A stretch of 64,000 nt of DNA from an uncultured Nitrospiraceae bacterium (GTDB lineage: Bacteria; Nitrospirota; Nitrospiria; Nitrospirales; Nitrospiraceae): assembly GCA_963846575.1 (NCBI GenBank), contig CAWJWJ010000002.1:832001-896000 (forward strand), read 5' to 3'. Under the pieces are notes generated by a model, which was given only the letters and a program-made list of their open reading frames with translations, searched no databases and was not told the DNA's origin. Below, piece after piece: positions 27,549 to 36,028 of the stretch. Position 1 is the first letter of the stretch. Each line of letters begins with the position of its first letter. The position numbers and the translations under genes are program-made.

Positions 27549-28383
27549 CATCAACCTTTTCAGCGCAGTGCTCCTGTGTGTCGTGATCACTGGGGCGCTG
27601 CCCGGTTGTGCGCTGTTCGGGCCATCGGATACCAGGCCTCTCAAGCAGGCGACGGCTGAGCAGTTGACCACGCTTCTGCAGGAGCAGGCGGAGGAAGTAC
27701 GGACGATCAAGGGCCTCTTCACCGCGAAGATCACCGGCGGCATTCTGCCCATCGGTCAACGAGTTCAAGGGACAGTCTTCTATCAACGCCCCAATGCCAT
27801 CAGGCTGCGTGGTTTCACGGCGGTGGGTAGTGAACTGTTTGAGTTCGTGCAGGTCGATGATCTATTCAAACTCCGGCTGCCCACCATGGGCCGGGAGATG
27901 ATCGGGCGCCCCTCTGAGCCTGAGGGGCTCGGGCAGCTCACCCGCTCGTTTCAACTGAGCGTGTGGGCCATGAGCGGAATCATCGGCACGCAGTCGGTAG
28001 GGCCACAAGAGCAGGTGCAGTTATCAGAGGAAGGTGACCGGTATCGACTGGATGTGCTCAGCGGGTCAGGGGCTAATGGAACGGCCCTGACGGTGACCAG
28101 GCGGATCTGGTTCGATCGGCGCAATTTACTGGTCGTGCAGGAAGAAAAAGTTTCTGCGGCGGGGGAGATTGAAGCGACCATGCAGTTCGACGACTATCGC
28201 GCGGTTGGCGCTCCTGACAAGGCCGGCGCGGTCAATGTTCAGGACCCCGGCGCGACCAGACCAATTCTGCGGCCCTTTGTCATCCATATGACCGATGGGC
28301 AACGTTCCGGGAGTGTGCATGTGACCTTTCACGAATTGATTCCTAACGAGCCGATCAAGCCGGGTGAGTTGGGGCGGGTATGA
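27532..28383 (+). CDS. LolA/LolB-fold-like (DUF4292-type) lipoprotein
   Basis: Lipobox LPGC; beta-rich; RRIWFDRRNLLVVQEE...FDDYR pattern; overlaps the end of radA. Confidence 0.6.
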   Translation: MRCWRSINLFSAVLLCVVITGALPGCALFGPSDTRPLKQATAEQLTTLLQEQAEEVRTIKGLFTAKITGGILPIGQRVQGTVFYQRPNAIRLRGFTAVGSELFEFVQVDDLFKLRLPTMGREMIGRPSEPEGLGQLTRSFQLSVWAMSGIIGTQSVGPQEQVQLSEEGDRYRLDVLSGSGANGTALTVTRRIWFDRRNLLVVQEEKVSAAGEIEATMQFDDYRAVGAPDKAGAVNVQDPGATRPILRPFVIHMTDGQRSGSVHVTFHELIPNEPIKPGELGRV

Positions 28384-29204
28384 CATCGCGATCGGCGCTG
28401 CATATGCTGGCGATCGATACGGCCACGGCCTGGCAAAGCGTCGCGTTGCTGCGGGATGAGCGGGTCTTAGCCGTCGCCGAGCAGGATGCCCAGGGCTCTC
28501 ACGCGCGTTCGCTGATGGGTGCCATCGATCGGGTCTTGCGAGAAACCGGTCTTGAGCTACGCGAGTTACAGAGCCTGGCGGTATCCATCGGGCCCGGATC
28601 ATTCACTGGACTGCGCGTGGGGCTTGCCACGATGCTGGGATTCCGTGCCGTTCTGGGATTGTCCGTGACACCGGTTCCGACTCTGGAGGCCATGGCGTGG
28701 AACCTGCGTGAGGCCAAAGGGCTGCTGGTGCCAGTACTCAAGAGCCGACACAATGAAGTGTACTGGGCTGCGTATGAGTGGTTACCGGGATCGGTCCTGA
28801 ACACGCGCATCACTGAACAGGTAGGGTCGCCTTCTGCCGTCGCTCGAGCCTTACAGGGACATGAGACTGTCACTTTATTCGGCGATGGGTGGCAGACCTA
28901 TGGACAGGAAATCAGGCAGGCGGTTGAGTCGATCGGAGGACAGGTTGTGGAGGCCGGGTCAGACCAGCAGCGCCCCTCTGCTATCAGTGTGGCGCATGCA
29001 GCGCGGCGGTTCGTTCAAAGTGGGCAGGTTCCCGAAACCTCCATCGTTCCGCTCTACGTGCAGCGCACCGAGGCCGAAGTGAAGTTTGAGGAACAGCAGG
29101 GCCTGTCGGCGCTGGAGCGGCGGCGGGAGCGGGTGGCCAAGAAGATGGCGCAGGGTCGGCGGCGAGTGAAACGGGAGGGTGCTGATCCGCGAGCCACAAC
29201 GTAG
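28380..29204 (+). CDS. tsaB: tRNA threonylcarbamoyladenosine biosynthesis protein TsaB
   Basis: LAIDTAT, GPGSFTGLRVG, EVYWA, PLYVQ. Confidence 0.93.
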   Translation: MTSRSALHMLAIDTATAWQSVALLRDERVLAVAEQDAQGSHARSLMGAIDRVLRETGLELRELQSLAVSIGPGSFTGLRVGLATMLGFRAVLGLSVTPVPTLEAMAWNLREAKGLLVPVLKSRHNEVYWAAYEWLPGSVLNTRITEQVGSPSAVARALQGHETVTLFGDGWQTYGQEIRQAVESIGGQVVEAGSDQQRPSAISVAHAARRFVQSGQVPETSIVPLYVQRTEAEVKFEEQQGLSALERRRERVAKKMAQGRRRVKREGADPRATT

Positions 29205-29231
29205 GCAGACGGTCCGCAAAATGGTGGCAGA

Positions 29232-29783
29232 ATGACTCCGGACAGTTTGACGATCGAACCGGCGACCGCCGAAGCGCTCGATGCGGTGTGGGCAATCGAA
29301 CAGGCTTGCTTCTCTGCTCCCTGGACGCGCAAAATGTTGGAAGCAGAACTGTCTGGTAATCCATTCGCGCACTTCCTGCTGGCGAAGTGTCCCGACCCTC
29401 TGTCTGGAGACCTCGTTATCGCAGGCTATTTTTGTTTCTGGATCGTGTTTGAGGAAGTGCGATTGATGAATCTGGCTGTATTGGAGCCGTTCCGCAGGCA
29501 GGGAATCGCGACGCATTTGGTCTGCGCGGCCTTGCGCATGGGCCTGAAACGAACGGCCAATCGGGCGATGCTGGAGGTCCGGGCGTCAAATCAGCAGGCG
29601 ATCACGCTCTATCACCGGCTGGGGTTTCGTCCGACGGCCACGCGCGCGCGTTACTATACGAATCCGGAGGAAGATGGGGTGCTGATGGAGATGACGCCGC
29701 TCCAGGTGAGCACTTTCTGTGGGTTGCCGCAAGACACACTGCAGGAGCCGGGTCACAAGACGACTGTTCACGGACGGGTATAG
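29232..29783 (+). CDS. rimI: Ribosomal-protein-alanine N-acetyltransferase
   Basis: IEQACFSAPW, NLAV...RRQGIA, LEVRASNQQAITLY..LGF, RYY...EDG; follows tsaB. Confidence 0.92.
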   Translation: MTPDSLTIEPATAEALDAVWAIEQACFSAPWTRKMLEAELSGNPFAHFLLAKCPDPLSGDLVIAGYFCFWIVFEEVRLMNLAVLEPFRRQGIATHLVCAALRMGLKRTANRAMLEVRASNQQAITLYHRLGFRPTATRARYYTNPEEDGVLMEMTPLQVSTFCGLPQDTLQEPGHKTTVHGRV

Positions 29784-29801
29784 TCAACCAGGAGGTGCAC
29801 T

Positions 29802-30017
29802 ATGCAGGCTGAGACTGCGATCACTGATCGGTTACGACAATCCAACACAGAATTTCGAGCCCTTGAGGAGTCTCACCATCGCCTCGATGCGGAGTTGGCC
29901 GATTTGCAGCGTCGACACGTCCTGACCCCTGCCGAAGAAGTACTGAAGAAACAATTGCAGAAAGAAAAACTAGCCACGAAGGATAGGATGGCCGAGCTCA
30001 TTCGCACCTCCCGTTAG
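29802..30017 (+). CDS. DUF465/YdcH-family small coiled-coil protein
   Basis: AGGAGGT RBS; EFRALEESHHRLD...LQKEKLATKDRM pattern. Confidence 0.85.
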   Translation: MQAETAITDRLRQSNTEFRALEESHHRLDAELADLQRRHVLTPAEEVLKKQLQKEKLATKDRMAELIRTSR

Positions 30018-30092
30018 GGAGATCGAAGAGTCCCCCGACCGGCCTCACGATTGAGGTGGCGGAGAGCCGGGTCCGTTTGTTTTAGAGAGGCG

Positions 30093-30863
30093 ATGCTCGC
30101 ACCACTAGCCGCCCATATTCAGTCGCTCAAGAAGCGACTACTGATCATCGCGGGGACCTTGGGCATCGCGTTTGCGACGGCGTTCGCGTACTCCTCCGAG
30201 ATGGTCGCCTGGCTCAATCGGCCCTTTCCCGATCAGCTTGTGTTCTACGGTCCCACCGAAGCGCTCTTCGCTTCCATCAAGGTGTCATTTCTGGCAGGCA
30301 TCATCCTCAGCCTGCCGATGATTTTCTACCAGGTGTGGAAATTCATTGCTCCGGCCTTGCTTCCCAAGGAACAGCGGTGGGCCATTCCCCTCTTCCTGCT
30401 GGCCGCGCTGCTTTTTACGTTGGGACTCGTTTTTTGCAATCTCGTCATTCTGCCGTTGGTGATCGACTTCTTCATCAGCTTCGGTATGGATCGGGATATC
30501 ACTCCCGCCTTGGGGGTGGGTACCTACATTGATTTTAACGTCAAATTCCTCCTGATCTTCGGCTGCGCGTTTGAGTTGCCGCTGGTCCTGACCCTGCTTG
30601 CGCGGGCCGGAGTGATCTCGGCGACGACATTGGCCCACTATCGTAAACATGCCATCATGGCGGCATTGATTATTTCGGCCATCGTGACGCCGGACGCCAC
30701 CCTGTTCACGATGCTACTGATGGCGGTGCCGCTCATGGTACTGTATGAGATCGGGATTCTGGGTGCCAAGATCTTCGGGCGTGCAGGAGGGCCGACGCCC
30801 GGTGTGAATGTGCCGGTGGATCCTGATATACCGATAGGTACTGCCGGGCATCGAGTCAGGTAG
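30093..30863 (+). CDS. tatC: Twin-arginine translocase subunit TatC
   Basis: H..L..RL, PTEALF, YQVWKFIAPAL..E, FGCAFELP, AVPLMVLYE; about six TM helices. Confidence 0.9.
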   Translation: MLAPLAAHIQSLKKRLLIIAGTLGIAFATAFAYSSEMVAWLNRPFPDQLVFYGPTEALFASIKVSFLAGIILSLPMIFYQVWKFIAPALLPKEQRWAIPLFLLAALLFTLGLVFCNLVILPLVIDFFISFGMDRDITPALGVGTYIDFNVKFLLIFGCAFELPLVLTLLARAGVISATTLAHYRKHAIMAALIISAIVTPDATLFTMLLMAVPLMVLYEIGILGAKIFGRAGGPTPGVNVPVDPDIPIGTAGHRVR

Positions 30864-30898
30864 CCGATGCCCACAATCTTAGGGGGGAGGGTCCGGCC

Positions 30899-31975
30899 AT
30901 GATACGTCACCTATTGGTGTTGACGGCACTGAGCCTGGGTTCTCTGTATGGAACGGCCCAGGCGGTCTCCGCCCCGGACGGAAGTGTGAGGCCTGGCTCG
31001 CCCACGTTGGAGCAGGCGCACCCCGGCGTCGATCCCGGAAACCCAGTCGATATCGGCAATACGAGTATTCAGGCCCTCGCCACCGGAGCCGGCGGGGTCG
31101 TCTACGCCGGGTCGTTCGGGATGGGTATTTTCAGGAGTGAGGACCGAGGGGGTAGCTGGACCGCGGTGAATGTGGGATTAACGGACCCGTTCGTGCTCTG
31201 TCTCACCACTGCGAAAGACGGCGCCATTTATGCCGGTACCTTTCGCGGCGGGGTGTTCCGGTCACGGGATGCGGGTAAGAGTTGGCAGCCTGTCAATAAC
31301 GGGCTCAAGCGTCTCGAGATCAAAGCCTTGATGGTGGATCCTAAGGGGCTCTTCGCCGGCACCGGAGATGGCGTCTATTTGTTGAATGTCGCCGAAGATC
31401 AATGGAAAGTCCTCACGACCGGTCTGGATGAAGTGCTGGTGCATGCGCTGGCGCGGACCCACGACGGCACGCTGTATGCCGGCACCTCCGGGAAAGGGGT
31501 GCATAGTTACAAGGAGCGGTCAGGGGGATGGACGCGCCTTCGCCAGGGCTTGCGTGATCACGAAGGACTGGTGGAGAACTTCATACGAGTCTTGGCAGTG
31601 GATAAAGAACAGGGCGTGTATGCCGGCACGTTCGACGGCGGGGTCTTTCGGAGCAGTGATGGCGGAAAAACCTGGTTGCCGATCAGCCGGGCCTTACCGA
31701 ATGATTCCATTCGGGGGCTGATCAGTAACGACCGCGGCGTCTATGTGGCCACGGGCCGGGGGATCTTCAAATCCGTCGACAAGGGCCGGCAGTGGGTACC
31801 CTTGAACAAAGGGCTCAGCAATCTGTCGATCCAAGTGTTGATCGAAGGTGAAAAAGGCGGGTTCTATGCAGGAACCAGTTCAGGAGTGTTTCGCAGTGAT
31901 GACGATGGTCTCTCCTGGACCGCAGTCAGCCAGGGTTTGGAAGGGGAGAGTATCGCTCCCTTCAAGTTTAACTGA
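30899..31975 (+). CDS. Exported BNR/Asp-box beta-propeller protein
   Basis: Signal peptide; Asp-boxes RSEDRGGSW, RSRDAGKSW, RSSDGGKTW, KSVDKGRQW, RSDDDGLSW; repeated YAGT..GV. Confidence 0.88.
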   Translation: MIRHLLVLTALSLGSLYGTAQAVSAPDGSVRPGSPTLEQAHPGVDPGNPVDIGNTSIQALATGAGGVVYAGSFGMGIFRSEDRGGSWTAVNVGLTDPFVLCLTTAKDGAIYAGTFRGGVFRSRDAGKSWQPVNNGLKRLEIKALMVDPKGLFAGTGDGVYLLNVAEDQWKVLTTGLDEVLVHALARTHDGTLYAGTSGKGVHSYKERSGGWTRLRQGLRDHEGLVENFIRVLAVDKEQGVYAGTFDGGVFRSSDGGKTWLPISRALPNDSIRGLISNDRGVYVATGRGIFKSVDKGRQWVPLNKGLSNLSIQVLIEGEKGGFYAGTSSGVFRSDDDGLSWTAVSQGLEGESIAPFKFN

Positions 31976-31992
31976 GCAGGAAAGGATCTGAG

Positions 31993-32502
31993 ATGACGGC
32001 ACAAGCAGGTTCCACTCAAGCGACTATCACCGTGACATCGAAAAACGAGCCGTGGGGACAAATTGTTCTGCGTTTGTTTCCGGACGTCGCGCCCAATCAT
32101 GTCAAAAACTTTGTCGATCTGGCGAAGCAGGGCTTTTACGACGGCACGACATTCCACCGGGTCATCCCCGGTTTCATGATTCAGGGTGGCGATCCCAACA
32201 GCAAGAATCCTGATCGAGCCTCCCACGGCATGGGAGGGCCAGGGCACAAGGTGAAGGCGGAGTTCAATAGTAAGCCGCATAAGCGGGGCACCCTGTCCAT
32301 GGCTCGCGCCAATGATCCGGATAGCGCTGGGTCGCAGTTTTTTATCTGCGTCAACGACTCCAACTTTCTGGACTGGCAATATACGGTGTTCGGGGAAGTG
32401 CAGAGCGGACTCGAGGTCGTGGACAAGGTCGTCGGCGTCAAGCGCGACGGGCGGGACAATCCGCTTGAGCGCGTCGAGATGACGGTGGCGATCACCGAGT
32501 AG
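31993..32502 (+). CDS. Cyclophilin-type peptidyl-prolyl cis-trans isomerase
   Basis: FHRVIPGFMIQGGDP, LSMARAN, SAGSQFFI, YTVFGEV. Confidence 0.96.
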   Translation: MTAQAGSTQATITVTSKNEPWGQIVLRLFPDVAPNHVKNFVDLAKQGFYDGTTFHRVIPGFMIQGGDPNSKNPDRASHGMGGPGHKVKAEFNSKPHKRGTLSMARANDPDSAGSQFFICVNDSNFLDWQYTVFGEVQSGLEVVDKVVGVKRDGRDNPLERVEMTVAITE

Positions 32503-32543
32503 CCCAAGGCACCCTTCGTGAAGCGCCAGGAGAGCATATCGCA

Positions 32544-33284
32544 ATGAGCGTGACCCGGCTCTTCCTGCGCTTCGCGCGTCATGGCTCACGAAGCCTGGTG
32601 CTCTGCCTGGTGGTCGCGGGCTGCGCCATCCCGCAAGTACCCTCCCGCACAGTCTACGAAGACCCGGTCAATTTTGTCCGTCTTGAAGTGGATGCCAACG
32701 TGTTGCCGGAGTGGCCGCCCGGTCATTTCAGCCATCCGGCTGAATTTTCCCAGGAGCAAATGCGACGCGTGTTGATGGGGCTCACCGTTCGCGAGCACCG
32801 GGTGGCTGTACAACGCTGGCTAGGGGATGACTCGCGGCGGTTGCCGATGTTTCGGGACGCGGAAATCGCGATGCTGGTGCCGCAGTTGGTGGAAGCCTTG
32901 CGCATGGCCCGTGAAAATGAGCGGGTGACTTACTACATGAGTCAGCCGCAAACGTCGGTGAAACGCATCATCACGTCGGGAGGACTCTACCTCAAGGGCA
33001 CCGAACTCCATTTCATATTGGGTAATTGGCAGACGGTCTACGGAATTCCGGCGTACGGGATGATTTACGACCGTCGTTACCCGATGAACCCCGTCGTCTC
33101 CAAAGGCTTCGATTTATTTTTCGATCTCGACCAGGCCATGGTGCAGCAGAGCACCAGCTTGTGGGACTCGCTACTGGCCAACACCAAGGACGAACTCGTC
33201 ATCGATCTTGCCAAGGTCTTCCCGGGCCTGAACCTTCGGGCCGTGCTCTCGCCGACAGTCGACCGCCACAGTCCTGCGCTCTGA
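32544..33284 (+). CDS. Hypothetical lipoprotein
   Basis: Lipobox VAGC; GGAG RBS; globular beta/alpha content. Confidence 0.7.
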   Translation: MSVTRLFLRFARHGSRSLVLCLVVAGCAIPQVPSRTVYEDPVNFVRLEVDANVLPEWPPGHFSHPAEFSQEQMRRVLMGLTVREHRVAVQRWLGDDSRRLPMFRDAEIAMLVPQLVEALRMARENERVTYYMSQPQTSVKRIITSGGLYLKGTELHFILGNWQTVYGIPAYGMIYDRRYPMNPVVSKGFDLFFDLDQAMVQQSTSLWDSLLANTKDELVIDLAKVFPGLNLRAVLSPTVDRHSPAL

Positions 33285-33299
33285 CACGAGGATGGTCGG

Positions 33300-34730
33300 T
33301 CAATAGGCCTCCTCATGCGGATCTTCCACCCGGCTGACTCGAGTGGAGGGACCATTGACCGGAGTGGAACGGCTGAGCAAGAGTATCCGGGCTGTGTCGT
33401 CGCCTTGAGACGTATAAGCCAACGTCACCTCGGCGATCTTGTAGTCGTATTGCGTCTCGGCCAGGCGCGTCTGCGCTGCCGTGACGGCCACTTCGGACTG
33501 AGTCACCTCTACCACCGTTCCCAGTCCCAGTTTGTAGCGCTGTTTAGACAGTTGGAGGGCCTCTTCGGCGGTTCTGACCTGTTCCTCGGCCAAGGTGATT
33601 TGCTGGGCGAAGGTCAGTGTATCGAGGTAGGCATTGGTGACCTGTTGAGTCAGCGCCTGCTCGATATTGGTCGTTGCCGCAGAGGCAGCCTCGCGAATGG
33701 CGGTCGCCTCCACGACCTGGTTTTCGATGAGAAATCCCGTGAACAGCGGCATTGACACCAAGGCGCCTGCCATCCACCATCCGCCGGTCTGTTGATTCTG
33801 GCGGGGATCGAAAGGGTCGAACGTGCCGCCGCTGGCAATCGCCGATACTGTCGGCATGTATTGACGCTTGGCCGCCGTTAGTCTGGCATCCGCCGATGCG
33901 GTCTGCTCCTTGGCGCGTTTCACCTCCGGGTGCGAGAGACTCTCATTGATCAGGCTTTCCAGGGTTTTTTGCGGACGTACGTCCACGGAGATATTCTCCA
34001 GCACATAGTTCTCGGCGCCGGCGATCCCCATGGTCCGGTTCAAGTCGGCGAAGCTGGATTTCAAATCGTTGCGACTCCGGACCAGCAGCGACTGCGCGTT
34101 CACCAACTCGACGTGGGCCAGGTCGAAATCCAGTTTCGACTTCAGCTGTTGGCGGTAGAGAGTTTCGATCCGGGCCGCGATCTGCCCCCTTTCCCGCACC
34201 GTTTCTTCCGCAATCTGCACCAGCCGGCGTCGCTTCAGACTGTTCAGGTACGCACGTTGGACGTAGAGCAGCACCAGGGCACGTCTCGCGTTGACATCCT
34301 GGCCCAGCGCGCGCTCAGCCAGTTTGTTCGATGCGATGAGATTGCTGGTGTAACCGAAATCGTACAGCCGCTGGTTGGCGATCACGCCGCCGGTAAAGGT
34401 CGATTGGTTTTCCCGGAGCAGTCCGCCGCCGATCAGGAAGCGAGGGTTACTAACGCCCGCGCCCGCTATGGTGTTGGCATTGGCATAGATCTGAGGATAA
34501 TACAGCGAGCGAGCCTGTTCGGTGCGCGCCTCCGATGCCTTCAAGTTCGCGGTGCCTTCGAGGAGCATCGGGTGATTCTTGACGGCAATGTCGACGGCCT
34601 GTTGCACCCCGAGGAAACTACCGGAGGATAAGAGTGCAGCCTCGTCGGCCCCGGAGGCTGGGACAAAGGAGGCAGCTGCCGCCAGAACGAACAACGTCAC
34701 CCTGGCGGTGCGATGCAACGAGCGTCTCAT
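33300..34730 (-). CDS. TolC-family outer membrane efflux protein
   Basis: Signal peptide; AVDIAVKNHP, ARSLYYPQI, VSMPLFTG, RYKLGLGTVVEV. Confidence 0.92.
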   Translation of the reverse strand: MRRSLHRTARVTLFVLAAAASFVPASGADEAALLSSGSFLGVQQAVDIAVKNHPMLLEGTANLKASEARTEQARSLYYPQIYANANTIAGAGVSNPRFLIGGGLLRENQSTFTGGVIANQRLYDFGYTSNLIASNKLAERALGQDVNARRALVLLYVQRAYLNSLKRRRLVQIAEETVRERGQIAARIETLYRQQLKSKLDFDLAHVELVNAQSLLVRSRNDLKSSFADLNRTMGIAGAENYVLENISVDVRPQKTLESLINESLSHPEVKRAKEQTASADARLTAAKRQYMPTVSAIASGGTFDPFDPRQNQQTGGWWMAGALVSMPLFTGFLIENQVVEATAIREAASAATTNIEQALTQQVTNAYLDTLTFAQQITLAEEQVRTAEEALQLSKQRYKLGLGTVVEVTQSEVAVTAAQTRLAETQYDYKIAEVTLAYTSQGDDTARILLLSRSTPVNGPSTRVSRVEDPHEEAY

Positions 34731-34741
34731 GAGAGGTCTCC

Positions 34742-36028
34742 TTATTTCGTATGTGCCGGATTCGATGCCGTGGGGGCAACCGTGGCCGGCGGTGTGCCGC
34801 CCGGTGCCCGCCGTTCAAACTTCTGTTGGGACGGCTTGGCGTCAGGCAAATTGAACGGCGAGGTCGTGACACGTGTGCCGTCCGGGAGTGTGCGTTTTCC
34901 GACGACCACGATCTCTTCGTCCCCTCGCAATCCGGAAGCAACCTCGATCCAGCGGCCATCGCTGATGCCGGTCTGGATCGGGATGGAGGTGGCCTTCCCC
35001 TGGTCCACGATATAGACCGATTTACCCTTCTGCGTACTGACGACCGCCTGGGGCGGGACAACCAGCGCCTGCGGAATGTCGCGTAATCCGAGCGAGACCT
35101 GCGCGAAGGTTCCTGGACGGAGTTCGTGCTTTTCGTTGGGGAGGTCGATTTCGACTAACAGGCTTCGCGTGGCGGGATCCAGTGCGAGAGTGGTGCGTGT
35201 GACGGGGCCGGTAAATGCGCGCCCTGGAAATTCCGATACCTTCACCGACGCCATGGTCTTACCGGGAACGACCCAGGGACTGTCGTCCTGGGGCACGTTC
35301 GCATACACGCGGACGGTGTCGAGATCCATGATCGTAAAGAGCGGAATCGCCGTGGATGCCGATGAGGTGGCCACCTGTATGAGTGCGCCGGGATCGGCGA
35401 AACGAGCGGTGACAATGCCGGCGTAGGGCGCGCGCACCTTCGTGTAGTCGCGCATAACCACTCGCTGCTCCATCAGGTGCCGGGCCCCTTGGTAGGTCGC
35501 TTCGGCAACATCCACATCCTGTTTGGCAATGACATCCGGCGATTCCGTCCAGACCTTGGCGAGGCGCTCGTAGGTGAGTTTCTTGATCTTGTAGTCCGAC
35601 ACCGCCTCCTGATACTGCTCTTCCACTTCCGGGGCATTGATGATCGCCACGACCTCATTTTTTTCCACGCGGTCGCCTTTGTCGGGGCCGATCCATTTCA
35701 GATATCCGGACACCTTGGCATAGAGGGTGGTCTGGTAGAACGGCGAAATGTTGGCCGGGAGAGTAATGGTGTAGACCAGATCGCGTCGCGTCGCTTTCGT
35801 CACCTGCACGTCGACCGGCACGCTCTCAGCAGCCGTCCCCTGGTGAGCAGGCTGGGGCGCATCGCCGCCAGCGGACGACGGAGCGGAACCCTCTTCGCCG
35901 GCCGCCTGAATATGGCGCCAGTACAACAGCCCACCGATGACCAGCGTGAGCGCGATCGCACCAGCAAGCCAGGGAGCGGGCCGCCGTGAGGACCGGATCA
36001 GACGGGAAGTCGTCGGCATATCGTCCAT
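34742..36028 (-). CDS. RND periplasmic adaptor (membrane fusion protein)
   Basis: N-terminal TM; LYAKVSGY...GDRV, VRAPYAGIV, LDPATRSLLVEIDLPN, LRPGTF. Confidence 0.93.
   Translation of the reverse strand: MDDMPTTSRLIRSSRRPAPWLAGAIALTLVIGGLLYWRHIQAAGEEGSAPSSAGGDAPQPAHQGTAAESVPVDVQVTKATRRDLVYTITLPANISPFYQTTLYAKVSGYLKWIGPDKGDRVEKNEVVAIINAPEVEEQYQEAVSDYKIKKLTYERLAKVWTESPDVIAKQDVDVAEATYQGARHLMEQRVVMRDYTKVRAPYAGIVTARFADPGALIQVATSSASTAIPLFTIMDLDTVRVYANVPQDDSPWVVPGKTMASVKVSEFPGRAFTGPVTRTTLALDPATRSLLVEIDLPNEKHELRPGTFAQVSLGLRDIPQALVVPPQAVVSTQKGKSVYIVDQGKATSIPIQTGISDGRWIEVASGLRGDEEIVVVGKRTLPDGTRVTTSPFNLPDAKPSQQKFERRAPGGTPPATVAPTASNPAHTK

Noticed and set aside
30899..31975. Repeated DNA motifs suggesting an array
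   Set aside because: They are degenerate coding repeats of Asp-box propeller blades, not CRISPR or tandem DNA repeats
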